Of a DNA stretch of 64,000 nucleotides, positions 12,293 to 33,400 are shown piece after piece. The notes under the pieces were generated by a model, which did not search any database, was not told the DNA's origin, and saw only the letters and a list, made by a program, of their open reading frames with translations. A program made the translations under genes and the position numbers. The stretch is from Antedon mediterranea (taxonomy: Eukaryota; Animalia; Echinodermata): assembly GCF_964355755.1 (NCBI RefSeq), contig NC_092677.1:11678101-11742100 (forward strand), given 5' to 3'. The stretch's first letter is position 1; every line of letters begins with the position of its first letter.

Positions 12293-15200
12293 TCATTCAC
12301 TTTTATTTTTGTCGTTGCTAGAATTCTTGGCCGCATCACGTTCTTTCTTGCAATTGTGAACAATCTTATCAAAACTTGATAGGTAAAACAAACCAATAGT
12401 TCTGCATATTCCAATTAAAAATATCTGTGCATTACAGAAAATGACAAAATGATCTAGTAAATGTATGCAATTGTATCTGGGAATGTTTTAAACTACACCT
12501 AGTATAAGGCTCTGTCTACACTATCAAACTTGATGTGACAAAAAAATGTGATGTAATGCCCATATATGGACATGAAAATGTCATATCATTACTATATCTA
12601 AGTATCACTGCACCATATTTGGGCACATATTTTGTTGAACTAGTTTGATAGTGTAGATAGAGCTTAAAGCTGTTTACACTATCAAACTAGTTTGACAAAA
12701 GTGATGTCATCGTGTCCATATATGGGCACATCACATCTTTTTTTTGTAACAAAAAGTTTGATAGTGTAGAAAGAGCTTAACAATAAAAATAATATTCCAA
12801 CCTGCTGAAAAGCTTCAAATATTGACACAACAGTGGACATGCCACAAGACATCTGCTTTAAAAGAAACCCATCCATACCAACATAGCTTAAGAAAACACC
12901 ACGCTGTGGAAGTAGACATGGTGTAGAAAAAATTTAATAGAATATCAAAAAGTTCTCTTAAAAAGACATACTTACTAATAAAAATTGCAACCTTTGATTA
13001 GAGGGTGAAGCATTTGACAACCAAGGAAAGTATCATGCACTATTTGAGACACACTTAAGCTGTCTACACTATCAAACTTTATGTGATGTACTCATAATAT
13101 GGACATGATGATGTCATATCACTACCATATTTGGACATATCACTACCATATTTGGGCATATCACTACCATATTTGGGCACATCACACTTTTTTTGATAGT
13201 GTAGACAGAGCTTAAAAGTGAAATGCACAACCTCATCGACAATTCCGCACTTTTCAATCGTCCAGTGGTAAAATTGAAAGTAAACAAACCTGAGAATCTT
13301 TAAGAATAACTTTGGCGACGTAGTCTGGTTGAAATATTCCAGCAGTTTCAGAAATCAAATACGTTTCTTTTGGCTGTAAAAACAATAAATTACAAGAATT
13401 TAAATGCTCTCTTGAATAGAATGAACATTTTTATATTAAAAGATATTTTTTATTTAATTTCAAGCACGACACAAGTAAAATTGTAACATTGTAAAACCAA
13501 GATTTGTTCCATAGCGTTGAAAAAGCATAGTGACATTAAAAAAAAAATATTTTAGTCACATTTCTGAGTAGTTCTGTGATCCTTTTGTGATTTCTTTTAA
13601 TTCGAAATGATATATTTTAAATTCAAAATAATATTAATAATATTCCTCTCCTGTACGAATATAATTTTTATTTTCTTTTAAGTTCTGTTATTTATTTGTT
13701 AATTTCGTAGCTTAAGTTAGTTAAGATAAAAGGTACCAAGCTTGATTAGCTTCGGCTATATCTTGGCTACCTTTTGTATTAAATTGTTTTTGTTTGATAC
13801 AATAAAAAGAAAAAAAAAGAAGTTTTGGAAACTTATGAGAAATTTGTGTTATAGATTTATCTTTTGTATAATTAATGTATTTACCTTTTCTGTATCTGAA
13901 TACAGCATTGGTGTATCAGTATCTGGAGGACAGTTCAAGGTAACATAAATATCATAAGGTTTTACCTGAAAAAAAAAAGATACAATGTAATACAGTAGAA
14001 CCCCTATTAAGGGACATCTTGGCAACCAAAAGTGTCTCCTAACCAGGTATCTCAGGAATAAGGGCTGACTGTAATGTTAAAACATACTGTATGATATGAC
14101 ATTGTCCTAAAGTTTGTTAAACAGGAAAGTTTCCCCTTAATGAAAGGGTGTCCCATAAATAAGAGCGTCCAAAAGGAAGCGCTCTACTGTATAATTAGCC
14201 ATATCTGTTTCGATCGTCAATAAAAAAAAATGTTGCTTGTCAAATGCACAGACAGATAGATCTGGTGTTCTATTGTATAACAAAATACAGGTAAATTGTC
14301 CAATACAAATACTATTATATTTTACCTCCATTTGTAGGCATTCGGCGAAGCCTCGTAGAGCAAACTTAGAAGCAGAATAGGCTGAGTAACCATAAAGGCC
14401 CACTTGACCGGCCTGTGATGATATCAAGACAATTCTACCACGCCGACGAGACATCATCGTGTCTAATACCGCCCTCGTTGCTTGCATTGTCCCCGTAAAA
14501 TTGACATTCATTACATTCTAGGAAGGTGAAAATTACAGTAAGATTCGAAGTAAGCAAGTGTCTGAACTTTAAAATAATAAGCTATTTTTTTCAGGTAAGG
14601 TACTCTCCATTTCAAAGATTTTTTTTACATGACTTGTTTTGACTAATGAAAGTAAAAGAACACCTTCCAAGCCCTTCATACTATACCTTAAATTCCTCAA
14701 TATCAGTATCTACAAATGCTTTACTGCACGATAAGCCAGCAGAGTTCACTAGCATGTCACAAGGACCTAATTCAGCCTCAGCCTGGAAAAAATACAACAA
14801 GATCACATTGTTAAAAAATCTTGGGATTCACTTCCTCACCAAGGTACAGTAATACCAAGGTACAGTAATACCAAGGTACAGTAATACCAAGGTACAGTAA
14901 TACCAAGATACAGTAATACCAAGGTAAAGTTATACCAAGATACAGTAATACCAAGATACAGATAATGATTTACTTCTTTTGGTCCTACCTGTTTAAAAGC
15001 CTCTTGTATCTTTGAATATGGTTCTGCTACGTCTAACTGAATTTCATTTATTTTCTGTAATGAAAATATAATGTTATATAACTCTTCCATTCAATCATGC
15101 ATTATACAGAATGGTTGAAGAATTGATTTATACATGTTGAATCTCAATTTAGACTGGAATTGTTTTGGTATGGGGAGGGGTAAGTGGTATGGGGAAGGAA

Positions 15201-16089
15201 GGGGGAATTCTCAAGCACCAAGACAACTGATCAAACTTGACATATCTTGTTTTGAATATTAACAGAATACCTGATTTGAACCTTCTTTTACAAATTTTTC
15301 TATTTCTTGTTTTGCTTCTAAAAGTTTGGCCTGTAAAATATAAAAAACGATTACTTTATTCCTCTTGTGAAGAATTTCTTATCAGTTTATATATCACTTA
15401 TCAGTAAAATAATATCAACGTTATTTCTGGTCAGAATTGTAAAGTTAAAAATTGCAATTTTCAGATTTGTGTGATTTGCAGCAGTACGTGAAGGGGTACC
15501 ACCTGTGTAAAATGTCATTTACATCATGAAGTTTTGAAAAGGCATTGTGGCACAAAGATTTGAAAACTGTGCACTTTAGTATGATAAGACCATGGAGTAA
15601 AGAATAATAAGACTATACCATTCGTCTGGCCATAATAGTAACACTTGCACCATTTTTCACCGCTTCAATGGCCACAGCAATTCCTATACCGCTTGAGCCA
15701 CCAGTAATCTGTAGTAAAAATAATAATAAAAACGTTAATTTATAGGACTAGCCTATAGGATCTTATTTATTTATATTTTACCAACCAACTTCGAGAGGGA
15801 GATATGTCAGTGATTATTTCTGGCAATTCCGGAAAAATCTAGGGCAGCTTTTTTGGTCGGAGTAATTTACAATCCTACCACAACCATCACCACCTCTTTA
15901 TCTCGTCACACGCCGCCTTTGGCTAGAGAGCCTAGATAACAAAATAGCTATTTGTAAAGAAATGAAATGTTATCTTACAATAACATGAGAACCTTTAAGT
16001 TCAAATACATTCGGCGTTGCATATGGAGCAATTAAAAAGGCCAAAACAGCTAGAGAAACAGCGCTTACAGCAACAATTTCCAACAACAT
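12293..16089 (-). CDS. KDSR: 3-ketodihydrosphingosine reductase (FVT-1), about 10 exons
   Basis: N-terminal hydrophobic anchor, [13 protein letters not shown] motif, [30 protein letters not shown] (YxxxK), PPDTDTP, C-terminal KNKSE* (KxKxx ER retrieval). Confidence 0.93.
13990..14191. mobile_element. Tc1/mariner-type (CAGT...ACTG, TA-flanked) non-autonomous element
   Basis: tacagtagaacccctattaagggac ... gtccaaaaggaagcgctctactgta; relatives at about 25980, 31300 and 61200. Confidence 0.55.
14837..14965. repeat. 16-bp minisatellite, about 8 copies, in a KDSR intron
   Basis: (ccaaggtacagtaata)n. Confidence 0.9.
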
Positions 16090-16240
16090 TCTTGCTTGCT
16101 GAGAGTTTGATTAGATTGGGTCAAAGGATTGGTGTAAAAATTGTCAACACTCTGGCAATTGCAGCTTACCTGGAGAGGGCGCCCTTGGTCACGAGAGGGA
16201 GATTTCTAGTTTGTGAAATAAAGTTACGCTAAAAATCGCT
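16090..16240. promoter_or_regulatory. Putative bidirectional promoter KDSR/VPS35
   Basis: Only 151 bp between divergent start codons; ATTGG boxes and CCTGGAGAGGGCGC motif. Confidence 0.65.
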
Positions 16241-23721
<7,481 letters not shown>

Positions 23722-23744
23722 AGCAATGTCTTCTCTCATATATG

Positions 23745-24060
23745 AAAAAGGGCAACATGGTCTTCTTGTATTTAAAAGGGCAACATTTACAATAGGCTGC
23801 CTCTCTTATATGTAAAAGGGCAACTCCGTCTATTACCATCCAACAGGGCAACACAGGTCTTTCTCATTAAAAAGGGCAACATTTACAATAGGCTGCCTCT
23901 CTTATATATAAAAGGGCAGCTCAGTCTGTTACCAACAAAAAAGGCAACATAGGTTTCTCTTATTCAAAAGGGCTACATTTACAATAGGCTTCTCTCGTAT
24001 GGAAATGGGAAAGTCTGGTATAAAAAAAAAGCAACATTTAGGCCTGTCATATATATAAAA
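23745..24060 (+). repeat. Degenerate tandem repeat in the VPS35 3' UTR region
   Basis: Repeated aaaagggcaacatttacaataggctgcctctcttatat-like units. Confidence 0.75.
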
Positions 24061-25430
24061 GTAATATTTGGACCTCTTGCATATAATACAGTTGCATATA
24101 AAATGGACAAAAAAACTCAAAATATGTTTTAATTGATTGGTGTAAATTGGATGTTCTAATAAGGAAGGAGTAGTATGTTCTATGCCTCTTTGAAGTTAAT
24201 CATTCCTTTGTGTCCCATGTTGTAGAAAATGAAAAATAGATAGTACAGTATTCAATGTTAGATGTATTTTTACATGTGGTATCATACAATGAAATGATTG
24301 TATAGTATTAGAGTCATTAAATCAAGTCCTTCTCTGGTAGAAGGTAAATTTAGTAAGATCATAGAGAAATGAGTATATCAGTCGTGTAGGCTAGGGGTGT
24401 ACAGGATATGTCAAAGTTCAATTTACTGTATGGATTGTTTTGAATGAATTGAAATCAAAGTGAGGTTGTTATTTACAAAAGTCATGTACACAAAACAATC
24501 TTTTATGGTGAGTATTGTATGAGGATGTCTTATCACACATTTTAGCATCTACCTACAGTACACCCCAGTATATACTTATTTCTATATGGTAAACAAAATC
24601 CTTATCTGATAGAAAATAATCACTGTATGATTAATATTATTGTGTAATTAATTGATCCGACTCTAAATAAGGACCAAATTCACAGAAATGGTCACTTTTT
24701 GGAGGAGTAATACAATCCTAGGTTATGGCAAATGAAGGTAAAAATGATAAATTAATTTGTTTTGTGAGCTGTAGTATTGCCACATAAATTGTTTTGCACA
24801 TCTATTATTTGTATAATATGAAATTCCATATCAAATATAAACTATATATGAATAACATGGCGTTTTTGATTTTTTGTATGTAAATAATGTAATCTGTGGT
24901 TATAGAGACTAGTAAGAAATGAGAACAGTCAATTAAAATGCCAAATTGACAAAGAATATGGCAAAAATTAATAAGCAATAACAATCGATTTCGAAAATTT
25001 ATTCAAATAAACATGTCATTCTTACAATTGAACTAATTGCCATTTACTGTACTTGTAGGCTAGTTTGCACATCAATAGTTAATCAGTGTTAATTACTAAA
25101 CTGGAAATATTAACTCTTTAAACTCTACAAAATAGACAACCCTACTGTAATATAAACCTCATTCTTTCAAATTGAACCCATGTAAGTTCTTTTTGGAGAC
25201 GTGACAGTAAATTGATGACATGAAATTATGGATAAAAACCTTTTCGCATACAGTTTGGTTATTCATACATACTGAACAATCATCATGTTTTTAAAGTGGT
25301 CTTTGTTTTGTTTTATTTACTCAGTCTTCAAGCTATAAAAGGTCACACAAACCTTTGTAGCTTGTATTCATACAGTCAAACAAGCTATGTACAATGTTTT
25401 AATTCCATATTCTAATAATTCTATGATCGT

Positions 25431-27310
25431 TCACCCTTTCCTTCTAGTAGGGCTTTCTCTTCGGCTTCTAATTCATTCCACCTGGCCTGCTCGTCTGCTA
25501 TTCGCTTATTACGTTTGGCAAAGAATGATGGGTACCTAGCCTTTTCCGTTGGGTGCCACAAGTTCATTGCCTGAAAAATAATAGGTATATAATTACTAGA
25601 GTTTTGTTATTACTTATTTATACTGGGTGACCCCTTCAGTCAAAGACTGGCCTCCCAGAGAGGGACCAGTGGCTGTGTGTGTACTAGTACAATCGGGGTA
25701 AACCCCTACTCGTCTCGAAAGGTGTACTAGGTTCTTTAAAGTGCACATTAACTAGATGTGTACACTGGACCTATGATAGTTGTTTTTTGGCAGATAATCT
25801 ACAAACACAAGACCTGATACAAGCAAAAGACCACACTGTCTCTCCACCTAGCAATGTAATCAAGTGATCTGGTAGTCTTACCCAATCTGGCGGTGGGATT
25901 TTCCTCTCGTATCTTGTACCACCAGGTGAATCAATGACTAATATATAAATAATAACAAATAGAAAATGTTAGGTGTGCTACAGTAGAATCTCTAGTACTG
26001 TATATGACACTTTTGGACCCAGTAAAGTATATTCATGCTAATTTGTTTCACAGGAAAATGTCCCTATGCTGCTGTATGTCGCAAAGGCGGAATTTTTATT
26101 GTACAGTATTTGGTAATTTAAAAAATTAAGTTAGGAGTATTTAAAGCACCCTGTTTGGTCCTATCATTGATCTCATCTGGTGCCCATCTTAACCAGAGGA
26201 GAGGCAAGCCAATACATCTGTGGCAGGTAGGGCTGTATAAGATCAAGTCAACAGTGCTGATTTAAAATGCCTAACTGGACCCTAGCTCTATATATCAAGC
26301 ACCCGATATTCCCAGATGGTCTCCCATCCAAGCTCTATCCAAGCTATAACATTCAAATTGGGTGGTAAGTGGTGCTGTCGATGTAGTTTAGAAAATGTGA
26401 TATGACGATGATGTTAGAAAAATATATTTTGATGACTTTCCATACATATATATGGTTGTGGATGCTGCTTTTCCCAGAATTCTTCTTCTCCTGCCTTTAA
26501 TATTGTCTGAGCTTTTTGTAAATTCTTTTCATCTTTATGTTCATTGAATCTTGCACGTAAAAGAGTTGCTTCATAACGGAAAGTTGGCCTAAAAAAAAGA
26601 TACGTACAAAATATGAGCTGCTGTTACTGTTTTAGTAATACACCTACTATAGTATATTAGTAGGATACATTACTACCTACCTAGGCCTAGGCTAGTAGGC
26701 CCTACTTACTAGGCCTATTAGTTTTAAAAAGACAAATTAGCATAAATTATAATTAAAGACACCTTCCCTACAATTTGTGACGTTTTGTAACGTAGGGAAG
26801 GTGTCTTTATTAACTGATCATGTTGCGAAAACAAAAAATCAATTCAAATAATTATTAAATTAGATATAATTAATTAATAAGATTCAAAAGAAGTCGATAA
26901 TTAATGAATGAATAGGCCCTACCTAATATTATTAATAATTAGGCCAAGCTAGGCTAAATATTTTTAAATAATAAAAATAAAATATATTAGGCCTACTATT
27001 ATATATAGATAAAGAATTATAGGACCTAGTTAGGCCTAGACTACAGTCTAGGCCTAGCCTAGTACTGCAGGCTAGCAAGACCAGGCTGCACCGGCGGCCT
27101 AAACTGGCTAGGCTAGCCTATAAAAGCCTAGCTAGGCCTACCTTATAATGTCAGATAATGACAGTGTCTTAATTTTAATACGCCCAAACAAAATTTATTA
27201 GATGATTACCTGTCTCCTATCCATGATTCTAAATGCCTATAAGACTTTTTGTAAAGCCGAAGTACTTTTTGAGAGTGACTTAGAAGTTCGAATCCCGATC
27301 GGAACGACAT
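25431..27310 (-). CDS. NDUFB9: NADH dehydrogenase 1 beta subcomplex subunit 9 (LYR family), 4 exons
   Basis: LSHSQKVLRLYKKSYRHLESW, RYEATLLRARF..HKDEKN, EEEFWEKQHPQPY, SPGGTRYER, WHPTEKARYP.FFAKR. Confidence 0.93.
26297..26345 (-). pseudogene. 5S rRNA-derived fragment (pseudogene or SINE3 head)
   Basis: agcacccgatattcccagatggtctcccatccaagctctatccaagc is the reverse complement of the 5S rRNA 3' half (internal promoter box C region). Confidence 0.75.
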
Positions 27311-27452
27311 TTTTCGTCCATTAAAAAAATTATTAACCTTTAACCCTTGACCGACTCCTCACACACGTGTTTTTTCAAAATAAAAATAGAAGGCGCGCGG
27401 CTGGCGGCGGGCGATTCTTCAGACAGTAGGAAGCATTACAAGGCTTGAAAAC
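27311..27452. promoter_or_regulatory. Putative bidirectional promoter NDUFB9/FANCA
   Basis: 142 bp between divergent ATGs; CACGTG E-box and a GC-rich patch ggcgcgcggctggcggcgggcg. Confidence 0.55.
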
Positions 27453-30400
27453 ATGGATTTACAAGAAGTTCTATTTCAAGTTGAAGACAATATTTCAAAT
27501 GCAAAAACATTTGAGAATCTTCTAGGTATAATAAATAAAAAACATGAGTTTTGTTTTCGGCCGGCTAGCTAGGCATGGAGGTAATTTATAAGCTCCGTCA
27601 TGTTGATGGCAGATGGAAACCGCCATGCCCATGTGATGTCGTTGTCGGTAAACTAAACTAGGCGGCCTAGGCCTATCTAGAAAGTGAGACTGAGACTTAG
27701 GGGTCTAGGCCTAGCCCTAGTTAGGCTCTGAAGACTGTGGACAGAGTCAAGCTACTTGTAGTCCTAGTAGTATTAGGCCTGCAATGCGCGATTTGAAATT
27801 GCGAAAGGATTTCGTCCTCTCGCGCAATTTGAATCAAAATAATCAATTCTAATTGCGCAAAGTATTTCAGTGATATTAATAAACAATACTTGATATTACA
27901 TTAATGTAATACTAATATAATATTTTTGCAATTTAAATAACTTAACCAAAAAAATTGTTATAAATATAAATAAAACGATTTTTAGACGACAAAATGTGGG
28001 AAGCCGTGCGATCCTCTCGCTGCTGCATAGATGCCTGGTGTTATGACGAGCTAATGTTACCGATTTAATATTGTATAATCAATTGTTTTTTGATAATTTA
28101 TTATCGAATAGAATGTCGACAACGGTACAGAGACACACAGTTGTCCGAAAATACAATGAACCTAAAAGATGTAGTGTTACGGTTGATTGATCACCACCAA
28201 CATGTGGACAAACTATTTGAAGACTTAAATTCACTACAACAGGTACATATGTAATTCACTTACAATATCAAACTAGTTTGACAAAAAAAAAGTGTGATGT
28301 GGCCAAATATGGTAGCTTAATTATGGTAGTACAGTACCATATTAGTGATAATATGACATCATTCATCATATCCATATATGGGCACGTCACATTTTTGTTA
28401 CATAAAGTTTGATGGTATAGACAAAGATTTAATATTAATACAGACTAATCAACTCACCCCATCACCCACAGTAGAAATATTAGATTTGTTATGGTAGTGG
28501 TTTTTTCTTCTTGTATTAGGTTAGCAGTGGAGATAATGATGAACAAAATGAGAAACTAAGTGGTAAGTGCCGCCTATCCTTGGTAAAAGACCTAAAACAA
28601 GGCTATATACATGGCTGCAGTTGCATGCTCAAGTTGTATTAACCATCACATTTTCTATGGCTATTTGAAAATTTTAGATTGTCAGTGGTTTTCTCCATGG
28701 TAGTACAGTAGTAAGGGTACAACTCACAGTCACATAAACAATGATGACACTGTTTTTCAATTTATGGTCGTTGTGGGCAACCTAACACTTTTTTTCAGCC
28801 TTATTATGGAATGAGGATTATTAAAATCAATTATCTGATGTTTTCAGATAATTAATTTACAATTTTTACAACCTGTGGTGTAAAAATATATACAAATTAT
28901 TTTCTTGTTTACATTATTTAGTTGACATGTTTGTAAGTAGCCTACAATCACATGCTAAGTTGACAGGCACTGCAGCAGATGTGTTAGCCGCATTAAGCTA
29001 TGCAAAGAACCTTCAAACAATTGTCAATGTAACAGATGATAAAGACACTCCTCATCTTCTGAATGATACACAAAAGGTAAATGGTTATACCATGGAGCTA
29101 TCAAATTATAACTAATGCTAGATTGTTTATTTAATGCCCCTCTAGCCAATCATAGAGAGGCAGTAATTAAGAAATTCAAAGCAGGAAGTCCCCGCTATCA
29201 CGCTCGGCTTTGACGATCATCTTTTCCACTTATATAGGACATCCTTTATTGACCGATTTTTTTGTGGAGAAACAAAAATGGACAAAACCGACAAGCAATT
29301 AAATTTTACCGACGAAATAACCCACATATAAAACATCATACCTTGAGAGTCTTTCACACCTGTTGTTGCACTGTTCCGGTCTGGTTCTGACAAATCAAAT
29401 TGAACATCAATGTTTTGTTTTCACTTGGCTATGTACATTTGATTGGCGCATATAGGTGTATGAAGCGGCGTGAAAACAAACATTGTTGGATTTGATTTGA
29501 CACCGGGATCGTGCCAGAACAGGTGTGACAGACCTATATCGTTGTACAATACTGAACTATGTTCAAAAAACATTGGGAAAACTGGGTCTTAAATTCTCCA
29601 ATTTCAAATCCCTATAGTGTGACAGTAGAGAGACAACTTTGTAAATTGTGTTTGTTTTTTCAGCTTCAAGTAAAGGTGGTATTGAGAGGAATTCACAAAC
29701 TCAATCTAATGCACTCTTTTAGCAAAGCTCATTTTATAAAAAAAATTAATTCAAAGGTATGTATGGTTGACGTTTTTTCTCAGCTGGTGGTACATTTTTA
29801 GTTTCACGATGACTTTGCTTTAGCTTGTTTCTATTTTCATCTATCAAGCAATTAGATTTTATATTTATGTTTCTATGTTATTTGATTGTCCTGATTATAA
29901 CAGTTTATTCTTATAGAGCGCATATTATATAAGAAAGCTCTCAATGTGCTGTACATAAATTATAATAGACGAGAAGGAGCAATAATTTAAATTAATGAAA
30001 ACTTGTTTGAAATGAAAAGACTTCAACAAGTTTAGAGTAGTACACCGTTTGATTGGAATTGGTAGGGAATTCCACAGAGTTGGAGCTGCCACAGCAAAAG
30101 CTCTTGCACCATATGTAGATGTCCTAGTCTTAGGAACTACTAGCAGACATATGGCCACCTAATCTACAGTAGTAGGCTGGTAAATATTCACAATTAGCTT
30201 TAATAGATAGATGGCGCCAAATTGTGCTGTGTCTTGTGCGATGCATCCAATTGTATCATATTTAATAGGACTTATGGAACCTTTATTTTAGTAATAAAAA
30301 ACGTATTATTTTTTAAATGTAGGCATCGTTACCATTAGAGTTGATTTGGATTCTGCACAGAGAATCTATCATGTCTATAAACAAATTTATTACCAGTAAC

Positions 30401-33400
30401 CTGGGGAGACAAAATGTATTTGCTGCCCTCACACATGGAATAGTTAACATTGGATTAAATCTTCCTGATGATCAAATGATAGTTGACAGATGCACAGAAA
30501 TTGTTAAAGGTACAGTATTTTTTTTATTTTTTTTTTAATGGCACGAAAAAATGTCCATAATTAATACATATACAGTGAACAGTGAAAGAGTTTGTTTGCA
30601 ATATCATTTGCTATTTTGTGTGTGAATGGAATGTTCTAATTATAATAGTCATACATTTGTATTGCACTAATGTCTCAAAGCCCATAATAAGAAAAAGCTG
30701 CATTGCGAGCTGTCTGTGTCGACAGTTACTTGGATCTCACCTTGAAAAGAACACTGGTGACAACTTCTTTATTATTTGTTTTCATCTGCAGGATTTGCCA
30801 CCTTTCTTGTTTCTCATGGTTACCCTGCCAACACTGAAGGACCGGTAGATGCAGCCAAAGTTGCCGTACAAAAGGTAGAATTACAAATTAAACTTCTGTT
30901 AAAACAGTTCAGTAGTGACAATAACGATATTTATGTTAATGATGATGATGTTGGTATTGATGAGTGTATTGGTAATAGTAGTAAAATTATAATAAAGTTT
31001 AATGAAAACAAGTTTCAACTCTATTATTATTATTATACTTTATTCAAAAATTTAGTGACGTTACAACTTGTGGCCAATGGCCAGATTGCGTGTAACCTTT
31101 TAATACAGGCTTAAAAATATAAAATACACAAATATATAAAATACATAAAAAGATGAAATTAAAAAAAAAAATACAGTGAGATCAGGCATTAACTCTACTT
31201 ATTTTTCAGGCATCAGTTGTTATTCTGGATACCATAATGACTGGTAAGACTTTATAATTTGATCATATATTATGTATACTGTATATATTGTAATATAAAT
31301 ACAGTTGAATTCCTCTTTTGAGGAGGCAACCCCTATTCAGAGGACACCCCTATTAAGGAAACATTTTCCTGTGAAATAAATGAGAGGAAATATATGTTTC
31401 AATACTACAACCAACACCTATTAAAGAAACAACTTTGTTGGACCTCGTGAGGTGGTTTCCCGAATGATCGTAAAATCAAAACGGTACTGTGTATGACCAA
31501 CTAGCGTTATTGTCACCGACTAGTCATCCATTTATAGAAGTACTGATGTAGTAGCCTACCTGTACGGTGACCATAGAATGTGACCCGAGGCATGACTAAC
31601 TACGACTTTTAGTTGATAGAAGATTGAAAAAATTGTTAAGAAGAGTTGTACTGTATGTGGATGTTTAATGAAATTATGTCAAAAATGTTTACACACTAGG
31701 CATAGCCTATAAATAGTAATGTTTGTTAGTAAAAATAATTTTGAGTTAATAAGAATAAGATATAAGGAAGAAAAGTAAAGAGACTATAGAGCGGCTATTC
31801 CTGAATATACAATACTAAGTATTGTAGATTTAAATTATAAATTTTAGGCGATCTTGTCAAAGGTCAAGCGCCATATAGCCTGCCACGTTTTGATATTCAA
31901 TATGTATTCCGTGGAGTTCAAATATGCAGATTACAATAATGGTAATGTATGTAGCGTACACATATCCATTGAAAGTGCTCAATGCGCTAGCAACCACATA
32001 CTGTAGCTGAGTTAGAAACCGATTTCTTTTATTTATTCATTAATATCATATTCCGCCTCAGAAAACAAGTATGATTTTAATTAATTGTATGGAGCAACAT
32101 CCAAAAACATCTCCAAACAGTGCATGGTGTCATATATTTTTTTTTCAGATTTTATAAAGAAGAGAAAAGATTCACCCAACTCAACCCATCTGAACATATT
32201 GCAGTTGATAAGACAGGCTAGGACAGTAAACCAACAATCCAATGTAAAGTTCTTTAAGCAGCAGTTACAGCAACAGCTTACTGCTAGCACTGATATCATT
32301 GGTATAAACAAGTTATCTTCATATTTCAATTTCATTTCAAATAAACATTTATTTTCTTCCTTTAACATCATCACTGATTACTAGCTGCATAAAATGGGAG
32401 TATGTTTCCATACGTGTTTGATCCAAAAATGTCCGGGGTACGTAATAATATCTACAGGGATTAGAGGTTTCACAACATTAGGCGATTTATGAATCCATGA
32501 TATTATTATATGAAATAAAAACAAGTAATAAATTCATAGTAATGCCTGTGAAAGTAATAAGGAATATCATTTATTGATCATATGCACAATTTCTGCTATG
32601 GCTGAGTATATTATGATTGTATAAGGGTAAAGTTAAACTTTTAACAGTAATTATGGATCAATAATAACAATAACTCACTTTGACCTTCACAGTGTCTCAA
32701 GCTATTTCTGATCAACATTTGTGGACTTTTTCAAAAAATGCGTCCCAAACGACTGCCTCGTATCGTGAACTACTCTTGTTTTTTAAGGAGGAAGAAATTG
32801 CAGCCATGATTAAACGATTGTTAGAACATGAAGAGGTATGTAAACAATAAAATAATCACAATTTATAAAGCTCTGTCTACACTATCAAACTTTATGTGAC
32901 AAAAAAATCAGACATGGTCATGACAATAAAGGTTTATTATTATTAACTAATTTCAAATGTTTTGTTTTTTAGGTTAATTGGCAAGCGTTACTAAGCTTCA
33001 TCTCCACATTTCTGGTTGTTTGCTCGGGTGCACCAAACCTTATTAAAGGTAGTTTGTTTTTGAAAAACATTTTTGAAAATATGCCTATTTCGTCATTTAT
33101 GATAGATAAATATTTTTTCATGGGAATATGCATTTTTGACAAGTAACTCGCAAAAATATTGGCAGTGATCTAGTTGGACTGCTGACATATAAACGTCTAG
33201 GAGTATGACTAGCTAGTTATACCCCTTTCACACCAAAAGCAAAACTCCGGAGACACCCCGGAGTTGACGTCCCGCTGTTTGGTGTGAAAGGTAAAATCAA
33301 GCAACTCCGGAGTTTAAAACTGCGGGGTTGAACAGCTGAACATTCTCCGGAGAGCGAACTGCAGGGACACCCCGGTGTTTTGGTGTGAAAGGTCATCCTC

